Part shown: piece after piece, positions 1 through 9,055 of the stretch
Layout: every line of letters begins with the position of its first letter
How positions within the stretch are numbered: position 1 is the first letter of the stretch
DNA from: a virus
Taxonomy: Duplodnaviria > Caudoviricetes
Reading direction: 5' to 3' (one strand)
DNA length: 33,226 nucleotides
IMG/VR virus record: IMGVR_UViG_3300032301_000465
Span: 1-33,226 of that record
The notes under the pieces: model-generated
Database searches by the model: none
What the model saw: the letters and a program-made list of their open reading frames with translations, nothing else
Told to the model about the DNA's origin: nothing
Made by a program: the position numbers and the translations under genes

Positions 1-55
1 AGGGCAGGTTTTTGGTCCGCCATTTACGATAGGCTTGGCGTATGGGGTGATATAC

Positions 56-496
56 ATGGCTAGGGGCAGAAAATCGCAGGACCGGGGCGGCTGGATGCGT
101 CCGGGCGGAGCATTGCCAGCTAAAGCACCTGGCCTAAAGGCAGATGAGCAAAGGATATATAAATGGCTAATCGGGGCGATGGCCGCGCTGGGCGTGGGCG
201 GCAAGTCCGATTTGATGGCGGTGACGTTGGCGGCGAGAAGCGCAGCCAGGTGCGAGCGCCTGCAAGTGGAGCTAGACGCACTGACGAGCTCGACGGTCAA
301 AAACGCAGCAGGCGGCGTGGTGATGCACCCACTCTACGCCGAGCTAGGCCGGTGCGAGTCAAGGCTGAGGGACTGCCTATGCGGCCTGTACCTGAGCCCC
401 CGCACCAGGGGAACGACAAGGCTGCCAGCCGAAAGCCAGGCCGAGGCCAATCAAGGCGACGAGATGCCATCAGCGTTGCTGAAGATTCTCGGCTAA
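56..496 (+). CDS. terS: Terminase small subunit (P27-like)
   Basis: Precedes terL; 'VKNAAGGVVMHPLYAEL...LSPRTR' pattern; ATG 56 with GGGGTG SD. Confidence 0.8.
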   Translation: MARGRKSQDRGGWMRPGGALPAKAPGLKADEQRIYKWLIGAMAALGVGGKSDLMAVTLAARSAARCERLQVELDALTSSTVKNAAGGVVMHPLYAELGRCESRLRDCLCGLYLSPRTRGTTRLPAESQAEANQGDEMPSALLKILG

Positions 497-2025
497 GCTC
501 TGCCGCTGCTAAGCGGGTCGCCATCTTCTCGGCAAGCCTTCGGCATATCAAAGGCGAGCACGCAGGCCAACCTTTCATCTTGTCCGACTGGCAGTGGCGG
601 GACATCATCAAACCGTTCTACGGCACGCTGCGGGCTGATGGCCTGCGCCAGTACCGAGCCATGCCAATCGCTCTGGCACGCAAGCAGGGCAAGTCCACTC
701 TGGCGGCCATGCTCGGCCTGTATCACCTGTTTGCCGATGGCGAGCAGTTCCCAGAAGTGGTTTGCGCTGCAGGCAGCCGTGATCAGGCGGCCATCGTGTT
801 TGATACCGCCGCTGCCATGGTTCAAAGCTGTCCAACTCTGGCATCTCGATGCACGGTGTTGCGCCGCGAGATCGTGAAAAAGTCAGGCGGTTTCTTGCGC
901 TGCATTGCCGCTGATGGCAAGCTGCAGCACGGCCTTAACTGCTCGGCAGTGGTGATGGACGAGCTACACGTCTGGCCTGATCGTGAACTATACGAGGCGC
1001 TGACTACATCAGTGCTGGCACGCAGGCAGCCTAGCGTCATCATGATTTCCACAGCAGGCTACGACCGCGAGAGCCTATGGCATGAGATCTACAGCCGTGG
1101 CAAAGCCGTTGCCAATGCGCGGCAAGCCGGCCAAGAACTTGACGAGACAATGCTACCGGTGATCTACGAGGCACCACCAGAGTCGGACTGGCGCATCGAG
1201 GCCACATGGAAGGCGGCCAATCCCGGCTATAACGTATCCGTTAAGCCGGATTACTTCAGGCAAAAGGTCAATGAGGCCATGGCATCGCCTGCCGAGGAGC
1301 AGTCTTTCCGCAGGTTGCACCTGAATCAATGGACGCAGAGCAGCACACGCTGGCTAAATATGGAGCGCTACGATGCCTGCGCCGCGCAATTGCCAGACCT
1401 AAAAGGCAGAGCGTGCTGGGCTGGCCTCGATCTCAGCAGCACGCAGGATCTGAGCGCCTTGGTGCTAGCGTTTCCCTACGACGACAAAATCATCCTCAAG
1501 CCGTTTGCCTGGGCACCAACTGGAGCCGTCAAAGAAAGAGAACGCCGAAACAAGCAACGCTACGACCAGTGGGCAGCCAAAGGCCATCTAACGCTTATCG
1601 AAGGCGAGGTGATCGACTACAGTGAAATTAAAGCGCAAATCATGGCACTAGCCAGCGAGTACCGCATTCGTGAGATTGCCATCGACCGCTGGAACGCAGC
1701 GCAACTGGCGCAAGAACTACAACAAGAAGGCCTGAGCGTTGTGGCGTTTGGCCAAGGCTATGCCAGCATGTCACCAGCGGCCAAGGCTGCTGAGTCGTTG
1801 GTTTTGCAGGGAAGGCTGTGGCACGATGGCCACCCGGTGCAGCGATGGTGCTGGGGCAATGCGGTGATCGAGAACGACAGCGCAGGCAACATTAAGCCGA
1901 GCAAATCGAAAAGCACCGAGAAGATTGACCTTTGCGTGGCAGGCGTGATGGCAATAGCCAGGGCACAGTTAGGCGAGGTGACCGGCACCAGCGTCTATGA
2001 AGGTCGCGGGCTGGGCATGTTGTGA
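379..2025 (+). CDS. terL: Terminase large subunit
   Basis: GQPFILSDWQ, Walker A ARKQGKST, Walker B VVMDELH, nuclease GLDLS and KIDLCVA; start uncertain, nearest usable ATG is 379 with GAGGG upstream. Confidence 0.95.
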   Translation: MRPVPEPPHQGNDKAASRKPGRGQSRRRDAISVAEDSRLSSAAAKRVAIFSASLRHIKGEHAGQPFILSDWQWRDIIKPFYGTLRADGLRQYRAMPIALARKQGKSTLAAMLGLYHLFADGEQFPEVVCAAGSRDQAAIVFDTAAAMVQSCPTLASRCTVLRREIVKKSGGFLRCIAADGKLQHGLNCSAVVMDELHVWPDRELYEALTTSVLARRQPSVIMISTAGYDRESLWHEIYSRGKAVANARQAGQELDETMLPVIYEAPPESDWRIEATWKAANPGYNVSVKPDYFRQKVNEAMASPAEEQSFRRLHLNQWTQSSTRWLNMERYDACAAQLPDLKGRACWAGLDLSSTQDLSALVLAFPYDDKIILKPFAWAPTGAVKERERRNKQRYDQWAAKGHLTLIEGEVIDYSEIKAQIMALASEYRIREIAIDRWNAAQLAQELQQEGLSVVAFGQGYASMSPAAKAAESLVLQGRLWHDGHPVQRWCWGNAVIENDSAGNIKPSKSKSTEKIDLCVAGVMAIARAQLGEVTGTSVYEGRGLGML

Positions 2026-2465
2026 TTTCTCTGCCTGACCTGCGGCAGTCTGGTGGCCATGACTGCGGACTAATTGCTGTGCAGGTAGTGCTACGCCACA
2101 TCAAGCGCAGACCCAAGGCCAGCCATTTCCAAATCCTAAACTGCACGAGCCTAGACGGCACCGACCCGCGCAGCATCGAGGCGTTTTTTCGCTCGATTGG
2201 CTGCCATGTGCTGGCAGGCAGTATGGAATGGGACGACCTGAAAGCATTCACCGAAACAGACCGCGCCATCATTTGCCTAACCACGCCAGCGCATGGCATC
2301 GGTCACTATGTGGTGGTTGCTGGAATAGACACATCAACCATCCACTATCAGTGCAGCACAGAAGGACCATGCCGATCTGGCAAGCGCACCTGGATGAAAT
2401 CTTGGCATGAAGTGGACCGACTCGGTGCTGTTTACCACCAGTGGGCTATCTGCGTTTGGCGGTGA
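2022..2465 (+). CDS. Peptidase C39-like cysteine protease
   Basis: QSGGHDCG (Gln..Cys) and GHYVVVAG (His) motifs; GTGA overlap with the terL stop. Confidence 0.75.
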   Translation: MISLPDLRQSGGHDCGLIAVQVVLRHIKRRPKASHFQILNCTSLDGTDPRSIEAFFRSIGCHVLAGSMEWDDLKAFTETDRAIICLTTPAHGIGHYVVVAGIDTSTIHYQCSTEGPCRSGKRTWMKSWHEVDRLGAVYHQWAICVWR

Positions 2466-2488
2466 TCGTGTCAGCAGTTTGAATGATT
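2465..2488 (+). promoter_or_regulatory. Candidate phage-specific promoter for portal (weakest copy; possibly leaderless)
   Basis: ATCGTG-N11-AATGAT (or N12-ATGATT), 6-7 nt before ATG 2495, which has no SD. Confidence 0.4.
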
Positions 2489-2494
2489 AGCTTT

Positions 2495-3832
2495 ATGGCT
2501 AATTTCATTCAGCGCATATTCGGATTGCAAAAGCGCATATCACCCGCTGCGGTGCTGAATAATCCTGCCCTAGTAGATTTGCTAGGCGGCAGGAACACCG
2601 AGTCGGGAGTGCGTGTCGATGAGGCAAGCGCACTTAGTTGCGCCACTGTGTGGGCTGCAGTGCGTGTCATTTCTGAAGGCGCTGCCAGCCTGCCGCTAAT
2701 AACTTATCGCCGAGACGGAGCCACCCGCACCCGAGCCAGCGAGCACCCGCTCTATGGTTTGCTTCACGACGAGCCTTGCCCTGGCATCGGATCGCTCGTG
2801 TTTCGTGAAAGCCTGTTTGCGCACGCTCTGACCTACGGCAACGGTTACGCCGAGATTGAGCGCAGAGCCAGCGATGGCGTGCCTGTGGCACTCTGGCTAC
2901 TCGCACCCGAGCGCGTCGAGCCTTACCGCGAAGTCGATGGCAACATCTACTACAAAGTGCGACAACCGCAGGGCGGCCATGTCACTCTGGCCGGTGCCAA
3001 TGTCATCCATTTGCGCGGCCTCGGTGGTGATGGCGTGATGGGCTACAGCGTGGTTCGCACTGCTCGCGAGAGTTTAGGCCTGACATTGGCTGCCGAGAAG
3101 TTTGGTGCCAAGCTTTTTGGGACTGGTGCTAGGCCATCAGGCGTGTTGGAACACCCAGGCAGATTAAGCGATGACGCACGGCAGCGCCTGCGTGGTGACT
3201 ACGAGCGACTGCATAGCGGACTCGACAATGCGCACCGCATCGCAATCCTCGAGGAAGGCATGAAATGGACGGCGCTTGGTGTGCCGCCAGACGATGCGCA
3301 GTTTCTGCAGACGCGACAGTTCCAAGTTGCCGAGGTGGCTCGCTGGTTCAATGTGCCTAGCAGCAAGCTGCGGGACAACACCGGCCAGACCTACTCAAGC
3401 ATCGAGGCTGAGAACCAAGCGTTTTACACCGAGACGTTGCGCCCCTGGCTAATTCGTCTGGAGCAAGAACTGCAGATTAAACTGTTCAACACAGTCGAGC
3501 GCAGGGAATACTATTTTGAGCACCTGATTGAAGGCCTGTTAAGAGCTGATATTAAGACCCGTTACGAAGTTTATGCGGTTGCGAAAAACTGGGGCATTCT
3601 CTCAACAAACGAGATACGTGAGCGTGAAAACCTGCCGCCAATCGAGGGTGGCGACCAGTATCTGCAACCGCTGAACATGCAACCGCTGACTGCGCCAAAC
3701 GGCCCATCAGCGCCATCAGCCACCCCGGCACTGGTCCCCGCGCTTTCGCCCAGCGCTAGCCCTAACCCAGCCAGTGTCGGGGACACACCAACACGCAAAC
3801 GAGGAGGCGGCAATGCTCGAAAAACGAACTAG
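2495..3832 (+). CDS. Portal protein, HK97 family
   Basis: TVWAAVRVISEGAASLPL, GNGYAEI, RPSGVL, AQFLQTRQFQVAEVARWFNVP, NEIRERENLPPIEGGD; start 2495 or 2483. Confidence 0.96.
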   Translation: MANFIQRIFGLQKRISPAAVLNNPALVDLLGGRNTESGVRVDEASALSCATVWAAVRVISEGAASLPLITYRRDGATRTRASEHPLYGLLHDEPCPGIGSLVFRESLFAHALTYGNGYAEIERRASDGVPVALWLLAPERVEPYREVDGNIYYKVRQPQGGHVTLAGANVIHLRGLGGDGVMGYSVVRTARESLGLTLAAEKFGAKLFGTGARPSGVLEHPGRLSDDARQRLRGDYERLHSGLDNAHRIAILEEGMKWTALGVPPDDAQFLQTRQFQVAEVARWFNVPSSKLRDNTGQTYSSIEAENQAFYTETLRPWLIRLEQELQIKLFNTVERREYYFEHLIEGLLRADIKTRYEVYAVAKNWGILSTNEIRERENLPPIEGGDQYLQPLNMQPLTAPNGPSAPSATPALVPALSPSASPNPASVGDTPTRKRGGGNARKTN

Positions 3833-5777
3833 CAGACTTGAGCAGGAGGGTAGCAAGCTGGTCGGCTATGCAGCAGTTTACGCGCCAGCCATGAGCGAAG
3901 ACCTAGGCGGATTCAGAGAGAAGATTTCCCCTGGCGCATTTGACAAGTCGCTCGAAAGCAACGCCGACATCCGAGCGCTATGGGATCACAACACCAGCCA
4001 GCCATTAGCCAGGACAACCAACGGTTCTCTCAAGGTTTCCAGCGACAAGCGCGGCCTACGTGTGGAGATTGACCTACCCGAAGGCGTGAGCTATGCCGAC
4101 GATTTGCGCCAGTTGGTGCGCTCTGGCGTGGTGAACCAAATGTCATTTGGATTTCTTGTGCCACCCGGTGGCGACACTTGGGACAAGGACGAAGACGGCA
4201 ACGCACTGAGAACGCTAAACAGCATTGATCTACATGAGGTGTCGGTGGTTTCGATACCTGCTTACCCAGATACCACTGTTGCTCTGCGCGGCCTGCGACA
4301 TGTGGAGTTTGAAATCAGGCGCGCGCGATGGCTTGCATCGCACGGCTATCGTGCTGCCAGTGTTTTATTTTCTGATTTAAAGGAGATTCACATGAAAGAG
4401 ATCGCAGAGCTCAAGAATTTGATTGACGAGCGAGCCGCGCTGATTGAGCAGATTCGCGCGCTCACTCCAGAAGAGCAAGCCGCCATGGACGCACTAGTCC
4501 AAGGCGTTGCCGATCTCGATGCGCGGGTGGCCGCCATTGAAGAGGCCATGGACTTTGTGCCAGAAGAGGAGATGGCCGGCGCTGACAAGGTTGCCGAGGC
4601 TGAAAGAACATTGGATTTGGTTGGTGCGCGTTGCGCCAGCCTATTGGAAAAGTTGGAATCCCAGACCACCCGCAGGAGTAAGCCCATGCCACTGAACACG
4701 CCTTACATCGTGAAGGATGTTGACGACAAAAACTACCACAATGATCGCAAGCTGGCCATGCGTGGCTGGTTCCTAGAAGGCAATGGCCGCGCGACTGATG
4801 CGCACCGAGCCGCTGCTGAGCGCGTTGGTGTTAGCCTGCGCAGCCGCGATTTCAACGTGCGCCTGTTTGACACCGCGCCTCGCAGCAGGCGTGAGTTGGA
4901 AGAGCGAGGAACAGCCACCCAGGTGATTAGCACCGGCAGCCTTGGCGGCTTCAACGTGCCAACCGTTCTGGTTGAGCGCATCGAGAAGGCGCTGCTTTAT
5001 TTCAATCCGCTGCGCGAATACGCTCAGGTGCTGCGCACCGAGTCTGGCGAGCCAATGACCATGCCGACCAACGACGACACCGGCACCAAAGGCGTGCTGT
5101 TGGCCGAAGATGGAGCACTTACTGTTGCTGATACCTCATTTGGCCAGATTTCTCTTGGTGCTTACACCATGAGCAGCAAGGCGCTGAAAGTATCTTGGCA
5201 GCTACTCGATGACAACGCTGTTGACCTTGAAACTTATATCGGCGACCTGCTCGGCGAGCGTCTTGGCCGGATCATGGCTGACTATGTCGCAACCGGCACA
5301 GGCTCCAGCCAACCAACAGGCATTGCAGCCAGCACCGCAGGCAAGACCACTGCCAGCGCAACCGCCATCACATCAGCCGAAATCCTTGACCTGATTCACA
5401 GCGTCGACATCGCCTATCGCCAAGATCCTTCTTGCGCCTTGGTGATGCACGACAGCGTTTGGCTGTATGTGCGCAAGCTGACCGACAGCACAGGCCAACC
5501 ATTGTTCCAAGAGTCTTACCGCAACCCTGGTGAGATTCGTGTTCATGGTTTCCCGCTGGTCATAAGCAACAGCCTAAACAGCGCCATCACCACCGGCCTC
5601 AAGACGATGGTGTTCGGTGCCATGAACAAGTTCCTGATCCGCGATGTGGCCAATATCCGCATCCAACGGCTTGACGAACTGTACGCGGCAAACGGTGCAG
5701 TTGGATTCACGGCATGGGCCAGAACTGACAGCAAGATCTTGGCCAGCGGTGCGATCAAGCACATGGTTCAAGCCTAA
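3813..5777 (+). CDS. HK97-type prohead protease fused in frame to major capsid protein
   Basis: Protease motifs LVGYAAVY, WDHN, MSFGF, LHEVSVVSIPAYPDT; capsid motifs GGFNVP, GTGSSQPTGI, LTDSTGQPLF; no stop between them; GAGGAGG SD before ATG 3813. Confidence 0.93.
   Translation: MLEKRTSRLEQEGSKLVGYAAVYAPAMSEDLGGFREKISPGAFDKSLESNADIRALWDHNTSQPLARTTNGSLKVSSDKRGLRVEIDLPEGVSYADDLRQLVRSGVVNQMSFGFLVPPGGDTWDKDEDGNALRTLNSIDLHEVSVVSIPAYPDTTVALRGLRHVEFEIRRARWLASHGYRAASVLFSDLKEIHMKEIAELKNLIDERAALIEQIRALTPEEQAAMDALVQGVADLDARVAAIEEAMDFVPEEEMAGADKVAEAERTLDLVGARCASLLEKLESQTTRRSKPMPLNTPYIVKDVDDKNYHNDRKLAMRGWFLEGNGRATDAHRAAAERVGVSLRSRDFNVRLFDTAPRSRRELEERGTATQVISTGSLGGFNVPTVLVERIEKALLYFNPLREYAQVLRTESGEPMTMPTNDDTGTKGVLLAEDGALTVADTSFGQISLGAYTMSSKALKVSWQLLDDNAVDLETYIGDLLGERLGRIMADYVATGTGSSQPTGIAASTAGKTTASATAITSAEILDLIHSVDIAYRQDPSCALVMHDSVWLYVRKLTDSTGQPLFQESYRNPGEIRVHGFPLVISNSLNSAITTGLKTMVFGAMNKFLIRDVANIRIQRLDELYAANGAVGFTAWARTDSKILASGAIKHMVQA
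4348..4391 (+). promoter_or_regulatory. Internal promoter-like motif plus strong SD inside the fusion ORF
   Basis: ATCGTG-N12-TATTTT (4348-4371), AT-rich stretch, then AAGGAG shortly before in-frame ATG 4392. Confidence 0.6.
4392..5777 (+). CDS. Major capsid protein from internal start (coiled-coil delta/scaffold domain plus HK97 fold)
   Basis: tttaaAGGAGattcacATG; N-terminus MKEIAELKNLIDERAALIEQIRAL resembles delta-domain starts. Confidence 0.7.
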   Translation: MKEIAELKNLIDERAALIEQIRALTPEEQAAMDALVQGVADLDARVAAIEEAMDFVPEEEMAGADKVAEAERTLDLVGARCASLLEKLESQTTRRSKPMPLNTPYIVKDVDDKNYHNDRKLAMRGWFLEGNGRATDAHRAAAERVGVSLRSRDFNVRLFDTAPRSRRELEERGTATQVISTGSLGGFNVPTVLVERIEKALLYFNPLREYAQVLRTESGEPMTMPTNDDTGTKGVLLAEDGALTVADTSFGQISLGAYTMSSKALKVSWQLLDDNAVDLETYIGDLLGERLGRIMADYVATGTGSSQPTGIAASTAGKTTASATAITSAEILDLIHSVDIAYRQDPSCALVMHDSVWLYVRKLTDSTGQPLFQESYRNPGEIRVHGFPLVISNSLNSAITTGLKTMVFGAMNKFLIRDVANIRIQRLDELYAANGAVGFTAWARTDSKILASGAIKHMVQA

Positions 5778-5813
5778 CTTTTAATAGCCCACGCAGATTA
5801 GGAAACCAAGGCA

Positions 5814-6017
5814 ATGAAGATTCAAATGCTCGAATGTATCTCTGGTCCACTCGGCACATACCGTGTCGGTGACATCTGGGATCATCCCGATGCAGTCGAT
5901 GCGAATCGAATCATTGCCGCTGGTTTTGCGATCTGCGTGGACGGCATTGTCGAAGATAAAGCTAACGAGGTGGAAACACCCGAGGCCAAGCAAGCCGCTA
6001 AACGGAGCAAGCGCTAG
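5814..6017 (+). CDS. Small head-associated hypothetical protein
   Basis: 67 aa directly after the capsid gene, basic C-terminus, coupled to next gene. Confidence 0.6.
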   Translation: MKIQMLECISGPLGTYRVGDIWDHPDAVDANRIIAAGFAICVDGIVEDKANEVETPEAKQAAKRSKR

Positions 6018-6631
6018 TGGCTCTCAAAGTATTAACCGTTGCAACGGTGGAGCCAGTGTCACTCGCTGACATGAAGCTCCACCTTCGCGTTGACCACAGC
6101 ACAGACGATGCGCTGATAAATGCGCTCATATCTGCTGGCCGCGACTATGTCGAGCGGCAAACGCGGCGGCCACTGGTGAACACCACCTACCGCCAAACCA
6201 TGGACTATTTTCCAGAAGGCGCTATTGAGCTACTGCGTGGGCCGGCTGTGCAGATTGCCGTTGGTGGTGCCTACAGTTATGCCATGCCGCGCATCCGCTA
6301 CTACGACGAAAACGGCACACTAACTACGATGACCTTTGCCGGTGGTGATTTCGAGCTAGACCTCGATGCCAACCCGCCCAGGCTAAACCTGACACCGCTA
6401 GACATTTGGCCGAACACCGAGAACGGCAAAGCCAATGCGGTTGAAGTGGACTATGTTGCTGGCTATGGCGCTGCTGCCGCCAACGTGCCGGCGCTGCTGA
6501 CCACCTGCATCAAACTGCTCGTGGCGCACTGGTACGAAAACCGCTCTGCGGTTCAGCCAGGTGCCGGAAGCGAAGTGCCTTTGGCAGTCGATTCAATCCT
6601 GAAGATTTACTCAGTAGGTGACTACCAGTGA
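6017..6631 (+). CDS. Head-tail connector (HK97 gp6 / phiE125 gp8-like)
   Basis: EPVSLADMKLHLRVD...IKLLVAHWYENR. Confidence 0.92.
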   Translation: MALKVLTVATVEPVSLADMKLHLRVDHSTDDALINALISAGRDYVERQTRRPLVNTTYRQTMDYFPEGAIELLRGPAVQIAVGGAYSYAMPRIRYYDENGTLTTMTFAGGDFELDLDANPPRLNLTPLDIWPNTENGKANAVEVDYVAGYGAAAANVPALLTTCIKLLVAHWYENRSAVQPGAGSEVPLAVDSILKIYSVGDYQ

Positions 6632-6945
6632 TCATCGGCGAGTTAAGGCACCGTCTGTCGCTACAGTCGGCAACCGACAGCACGGACAGCTACGGCCAGC
6701 CTACTCGCACTTGGGCGACCTACGCCACTGTTTGGGGTATGGTCCTGCCGGTAACTGCGACCGAGAGCCAGCTAGCCAACCAGCAGCAGGCAGACATCAC
6801 GCACCGGGTGACGATACGCCATCGAGCCGATGTGACTGCCGAGCATCGCATTTTATTCGGCAGCCGCGAGTTAAATGTTCGAGGCGTGCGTGATCTTGAA
6901 GAGAGAGGCATTTCGCTTGAGATCGATGCCGAGGAAAATGCGTAA
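6628..6945 (+). CDS. Head closure / head-tail adaptor (SPP1 gp16-like)
   Basis: GELRHRLSLQ..DSYGQ..W.TYATVW..THRVTIR. Confidence 0.9.
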   Translation: MIIGELRHRLSLQSATDSTDSYGQPTRTWATYATVWGMVLPVTATESQLANQQQADITHRVTIRHRADVTAEHRILFGSRELNVRGVRDLEERGISLEIDAEENA

Positions 6946-7523
6946 TGGCTAGCTCTCGCGACCTTCGCTTAAATCTGGCTGGAGCAGTTGATCTAATAGA
7001 TGCTCTGCGAGATGCTGGCAAGAAGATCAAGCCTGCCTTGCGCCGTGTGGCAAGAGCGTGCACTACGCCTATCCTTCGCACCGCTCGCACGCTCGTGCCG
7101 GCCAAGCGCAAGCGGATTATGTACCAAGGCAAAAAGGTTTTTCGTTACGGCACTACTGGCCAGCTTAAAAAGAGTCTCGGCTACCGCGTAACTACATCTA
7201 AAAAAACAGGCGCAGTTTACGCAATAATCGGCCCGCGCCGCAAGTTTAAGATCATGGCTTTTAAGACTTATCACAAGCCAAAACGAAGCGTTGCAGCGCA
7301 GCGCAACGTGATGGTGCCTGTTAACCCAACTAATTACAGCCACCTAATTGAGAATGGGTTTACGGCTAAACTATGGCGGTCTGGCAAGCTACGGCCAGTA
7401 GCTGGGAAACCATTTTTAAAGCCGGCATTAAATGCCAATAGATCGCAATGCGAAGACATCACAGCACGAATCCTTAATGAAGAGTTGCAAAAGGCGATGG
7501 CCAAAAGGACTGCAACAGTATGA
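6945..7523 (+). CDS. HK97 gp10-like tail component
   Basis: TGQLKKSL, YSHLIENG, KPFLKPAL; very basic. Confidence 0.8.
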   Translation: MASSRDLRLNLAGAVDLIDALRDAGKKIKPALRRVARACTTPILRTARTLVPAKRKRIMYQGKKVFRYGTTGQLKKSLGYRVTTSKKTGAVYAIIGPRRKFKIMAFKTYHKPKRSVAAQRNVMVPVNPTNYSHLIENGFTAKLWRSGKLRPVAGKPFLKPALNANRSQCEDITARILNEELQKAMAKRTATV

Positions 7524-7936
7524 GCGTACTTGGTCAAGCTGTGCGCACCTATTTGGCTGCCTACGCCAACTATGCCACCTATTTGCCTGGCGGAATATCA
7601 CCTGACCAGACCGGCCAAGGCAATACAAGCCAGCCCTATGCTGTTTACCAGTCTGTTAGCAGGCAACGGCAAAGAACCACTGGCGGCTCCGTGGTCGCAA
7701 CTACTGAACGTGTACAGGTCACAGTTGTCGGCGAGACGCGCAGTAGCTCACAGGCTACAGCCAACTGGATCGCGTCTGCCATTGCTGCAACACCAAGCCG
7801 GCAGACTATTGGCAGCTTGTTTGTCCATCAATGGTTGGTCGAGGAAGAAGCAAGCTCCAATGAGCTTTATCAAGACGGATCGGACGAGTCAGCCCGCATA
7901 ATCTCAATAGAGATTGTAGGCACATACACGGAATGA
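7520..7936 (+). CDS. Tail completion / terminator protein
   Basis: PYAVYQSVS..RVQVTV; position before tail tube. Confidence 0.7.
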   Translation: MSVLGQAVRTYLAAYANYATYLPGGISPDQTGQGNTSQPYAVYQSVSRQRQRTTGGSVVATTERVQVTVVGETRSSSQATANWIASAIAATPSRQTIGSLFVHQWLVEEEASSNELYQDGSDESARIISIEIVGTYTE

Positions 7937-7946
7937 GGAGTAGAAC

Positions 7947-8378
7947 ATGGCTGTAGTACTACCACTTGGAACAATTGCAACATTGACCCCAGCAACTGGC
8001 ACTGCGATTGTCTTGAATTGCATCAGCGTGACCGGCACCACTCGATCAGTGGCAATGGCTGAAATTACTGGTTTGTCTGACTACACGTTGAAGCGCCTGC
8101 CAAGCCGGGTTGATCCAGGCACTGTGACTTTCGAGGTTTACCTCGAAGACACAGCTACGGCCACCAATACGCTTAAAACGCTGCGCGATTGGCAAGCGAC
8201 TGTTACTGGTTCAAGCATTGGCTACAACAGCGTCACGCTGAGCCTTAATTTCCCTGGCTCAACCATCGATGCGCTGATCAGCTACCAAGGCTACATCAGC
8301 GGAATTACTGAACCAACTGTTGGCGCAAGTGATGAGGCCTTGCGCTTTTCAGTAACCTTGCAAGTAACTGCTGTTTAA
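7947..8378 (+). CDS. Tail tube (major tail) protein
   Basis: GAGGAG SD; Thr-rich, DPGTVTFEV, GYIS..., C-terminal FSVTLQVT; synteny. Confidence 0.75.
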   Translation: MAVVLPLGTIATLTPATGTAIVLNCISVTGTTRSVAMAEITGLSDYTLKRLPSRVDPGTVTFEVYLEDTATATNTLKTLRDWQATVTGSSIGYNSVTLSLNFPGSTIDALISYQGYISGITEPTVGASDEALRFSVTLQVTAV

Positions 8379-8390
8379 CGGAGAAATTGA

Positions 8391-8768
8391 ATGGGCTTGA
8401 ATAGGGACGAAATCCTTGGCAAAAGTCGAGGACGTGTCGAGGAAATCAAGGTGCCAGAGTGGGGTGGCACCGTGTTCGTTAAGGAAATTACTGCCAGCGA
8501 AAGAGATGCCTTTGAGGCTTCGTCTATCGATAAAAAAGGCAGCGCCAAGATGTGTAACATCCGCGCCAGGCTGGCGGTGCTGACTTTGTCAGACAGTACT
8601 GGCCTGCGCATGTTTGCTGATTCTGATGTGGCCGCCCTCGGCGAGTTGCCTGCCTCGGCAATGGATCGCATCTTTGAAGCGTCCATGCGAATTAACAGGC
8701 TAACTAAATCAGATGTGGATGAGCTGGAAAAAAACTCCGAGAACCAGGCGGAAGCACCCGCCGCCTGA
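8391..8768 (+). CDS. Tail assembly chaperone (lambda gpG-like)
   Basis: VPEWGGTVFVKEITASERDAFE...ELEKN; between tail tube and tape measure. Confidence 0.85.
   Translation: MGLNRDEILGKSRGRVEEIKVPEWGGTVFVKEITASERDAFEASSIDKKGSAKMCNIRARLAVLTLSDSTGLRMFADSDVAALGELPASAMDRIFEASMRINRLTKSDVDELEKNSENQAEAPAA
8729..8735 (+). other. -1 programmed ribosomal frameshift heptamer A AAA AAC
   Basis: In-frame X XXY YYZ; the -1 frame is open (KLREPGGSTRRLMFALAGHL) into ORF 8768..9055. Confidence 0.85.
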
Positions 8769-9055
8769 TGTTTGCCTTAGCCGGCCACCTTGGCATGACG
8801 GTGGCTGAGCTGGGTGATCGGTTGACCAGTTCTGAACTGTCTGAATGGATCGCCTTGCTGGCAGTTGAGCCATGGGGACCATATCGGCAGGATCTGCTGA
8901 ATGCCATTTCCTGCTATGCCAGCGCAGCGCCTTGGTGCAAAAACACCAAGGTGAGTGATTGGATTCCTCGTTTCGACAAGCATGAGCCTGACCGTGATTC
9001 CATTTTGACATACTTGAAAGCCACGGGGGCAAGCATCCATGGCGACAATCAGTAA
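8768..9055 (+). CDS. Tail chaperone C-terminal part (gpT-like; gpGT fusion via frameshift)
   Basis: LAGHLGMTVAEL..RLTSSELSEW..EPWG; in the -1 frame relative to gpG. Confidence 0.8.
   Translation: MFALAGHLGMTVAELGDRLTSSELSEWIALLAVEPWGPYRQDLLNAISCYASAAPWCKNTKVSDWIPRFDKHEPDRDSILTYLKATGASIHGDNQ

Noticed and set aside
7-30. Promoter for terS at TACGAT (25-30)
   Set aside because: No -35 or WTCGTG partner; terS could be read from the 29030 promoter across cos
163-378. N-terminal 72 aa of the 620-aa terL ORF
   Set aside because: Alternate-frame read of terS with no terminase features
5493-5507. GQPLF in the capsid protein as a clamp-binding motif
   Set aside because: Standard HK97-fold D..G.P[LI][FW] motif with the wrong spacing
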